A stretch of 32,000 bases of DNA from Schaalia odontolytica (GTDB taxonomy: Bacteria; Actinomycetota; Actinomycetes; Actinomycetales; Actinomycetaceae). Location: contig NZ_CP040006.1 of assembly GCF_005696695.1 (NCBI RefSeq), positions 1,680,001-1,712,000 on the forward strand, in the 5' to 3' direction. This document shows positions 31,592-32,000 of this stretch, piece by piece. Every line of letters starts with the position of its first letter. Within the stretch, counting starts at the first letter, position 1. A program made the translations under genes and the position numbers. The notes beneath the pieces were generated by a model, which was given only the letters and a program-made list of their open reading frames with translations, made no database searches and had not been told where the DNA came from.

Positions 31592-32000
31592 TGGCCTGGG
31601 TCAGAGTGGGCGACGAAGCACTGAGCCACCCGAAGCTCATGAGCTTGTACGACGTGGAGGGCGCCGAGGACATCTCGATCGTCGAAATGTTCGGCTTCCT
31701 CATGGCACTCGCGACCTACTCGGCCAAGCACCTAACAGACGGAATCATCGAGAGAGGTGCGGCGTTCCGCGACGGCGATCGTTCGCGGAGTGCGCACCTG
31801 ATTGATGTGGCGGTCGGCGCCGGGCTGCTCACGTGGGTTGAAGTGGAGGGCAAGCGGAAGCTGCGCCTGTTCACGGACGAGGAGTTTATCCACGTCCAGC
31901 CGCGCGAGGAGGTCATGCGTCGCCGTGCGCGGTCGCGGGAGAATCGCGACCCGAACAAGAAAGCTGCTGTGATTTTCCGCGACGGCGACCAGTGCCGTTA
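31591..32000 (+). CDS. Partial ORF running off the window; possible HNH-type nuclease/DNA-binding protein
   Basis: ATG overlaps the upstream stop (TAATG). The frame is open to base 32000 (MAWVRVGDEALSHPKLMSLYD...VIFRDGDQCR), and RDGDQCR resembles the start of an HNH motif. It is absent from the ORF track because no stop lies in the window. Confidence 0.5.
   Translation, partial: MAWVRVGDEALSHPKLMSLYDVEGAEDISIVEMFGFLMALATYSAKHLTDGIIERGAAFRDGDRSRSAHLIDVAVGAGLLTWVEVEGKRKLRLFTDEEFIHVQPREEVMRRRARSRENRDPNKKAAVIFRDGDQCR

Larger units (their letters stand above)
1..32000. mobile_element. Temperate siphovirus-type actinobacteriophage genome segment, attP-intact (non-integrated) gene order
   Basis: Canonical order terminase-portal-capsid-tail-tape measure-lysis, then integrase/att/repressor switch and early genes. 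Genes are tightly overlapped. No host housekeeping genes are present. Confidence 0.9.

Overview
This GC-rich window (mid-60s % by eye, not computed) reads as one nearly complete genome of a temperate, siphovirus-type actinobacteriophage. Genes are tightly packed, and most neighbours share ATGA/GTGA/TAATG start-stop overlaps.

Plus strand, 8-21646:
- Packaging and head: small and large terminase, portal, MuF-like head protein, scaffold, major capsid, head-tail connectors.
- Tail: major tail protein, a tail-chaperone pair joined by a -1 frameshift, a 1229-aa tape measure carrying an NlpC/P60 domain, and four minor tail proteins.
- Lysis: CHAP endolysin, holin and a second membrane protein.
- An unusual post-lysis accessory module: a prealbumin-like protein, a fibre-like protein built from 9-residue repeats, and a GDPD-like phosphodiesterase.

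Minus strand, 21712-23968 (lysogeny module, reached across a convergent hairpin terminator):
- Tyrosine integrase.
- An attP-like region with a tRNA/tmRNA 3'-end mimic, its own intrinsic terminator and clustered TGCGCCAC 8-mers.
- A PH-like small protein and an XRE repressor.

Plus strand, 24048-32000 (early operon, entered from an AT-rich divergent switch with three copies of a 9-bp operator word): a Cro-like protein, small membrane proteins, an Xis-like HTH protein, an LAXTG sortase-anchored adhesin-like protein, DUF4326, an orphan C5 cytosine methyltransferase, RusA, SSB, a Zn-ribbon protein and a window-truncated HNH-like ORF.

I saw no rRNA, complete tRNA or CRISPR array. Both flanks of the att core are phage DNA, so the window is in free-phage (non-integrated) gene order.

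The best candidates for something undescribed are:
- the repeat-bounded cassette at about 24.8-27.5 kb, which encodes membrane proteins plus a cell-wall-anchored surface protein;
- the repressor-linked PH-like gene;
- the post-lysis fibre/GDPD module.

All functional calls rest on motif recognition and synteny read from the translations. No database search was possible.
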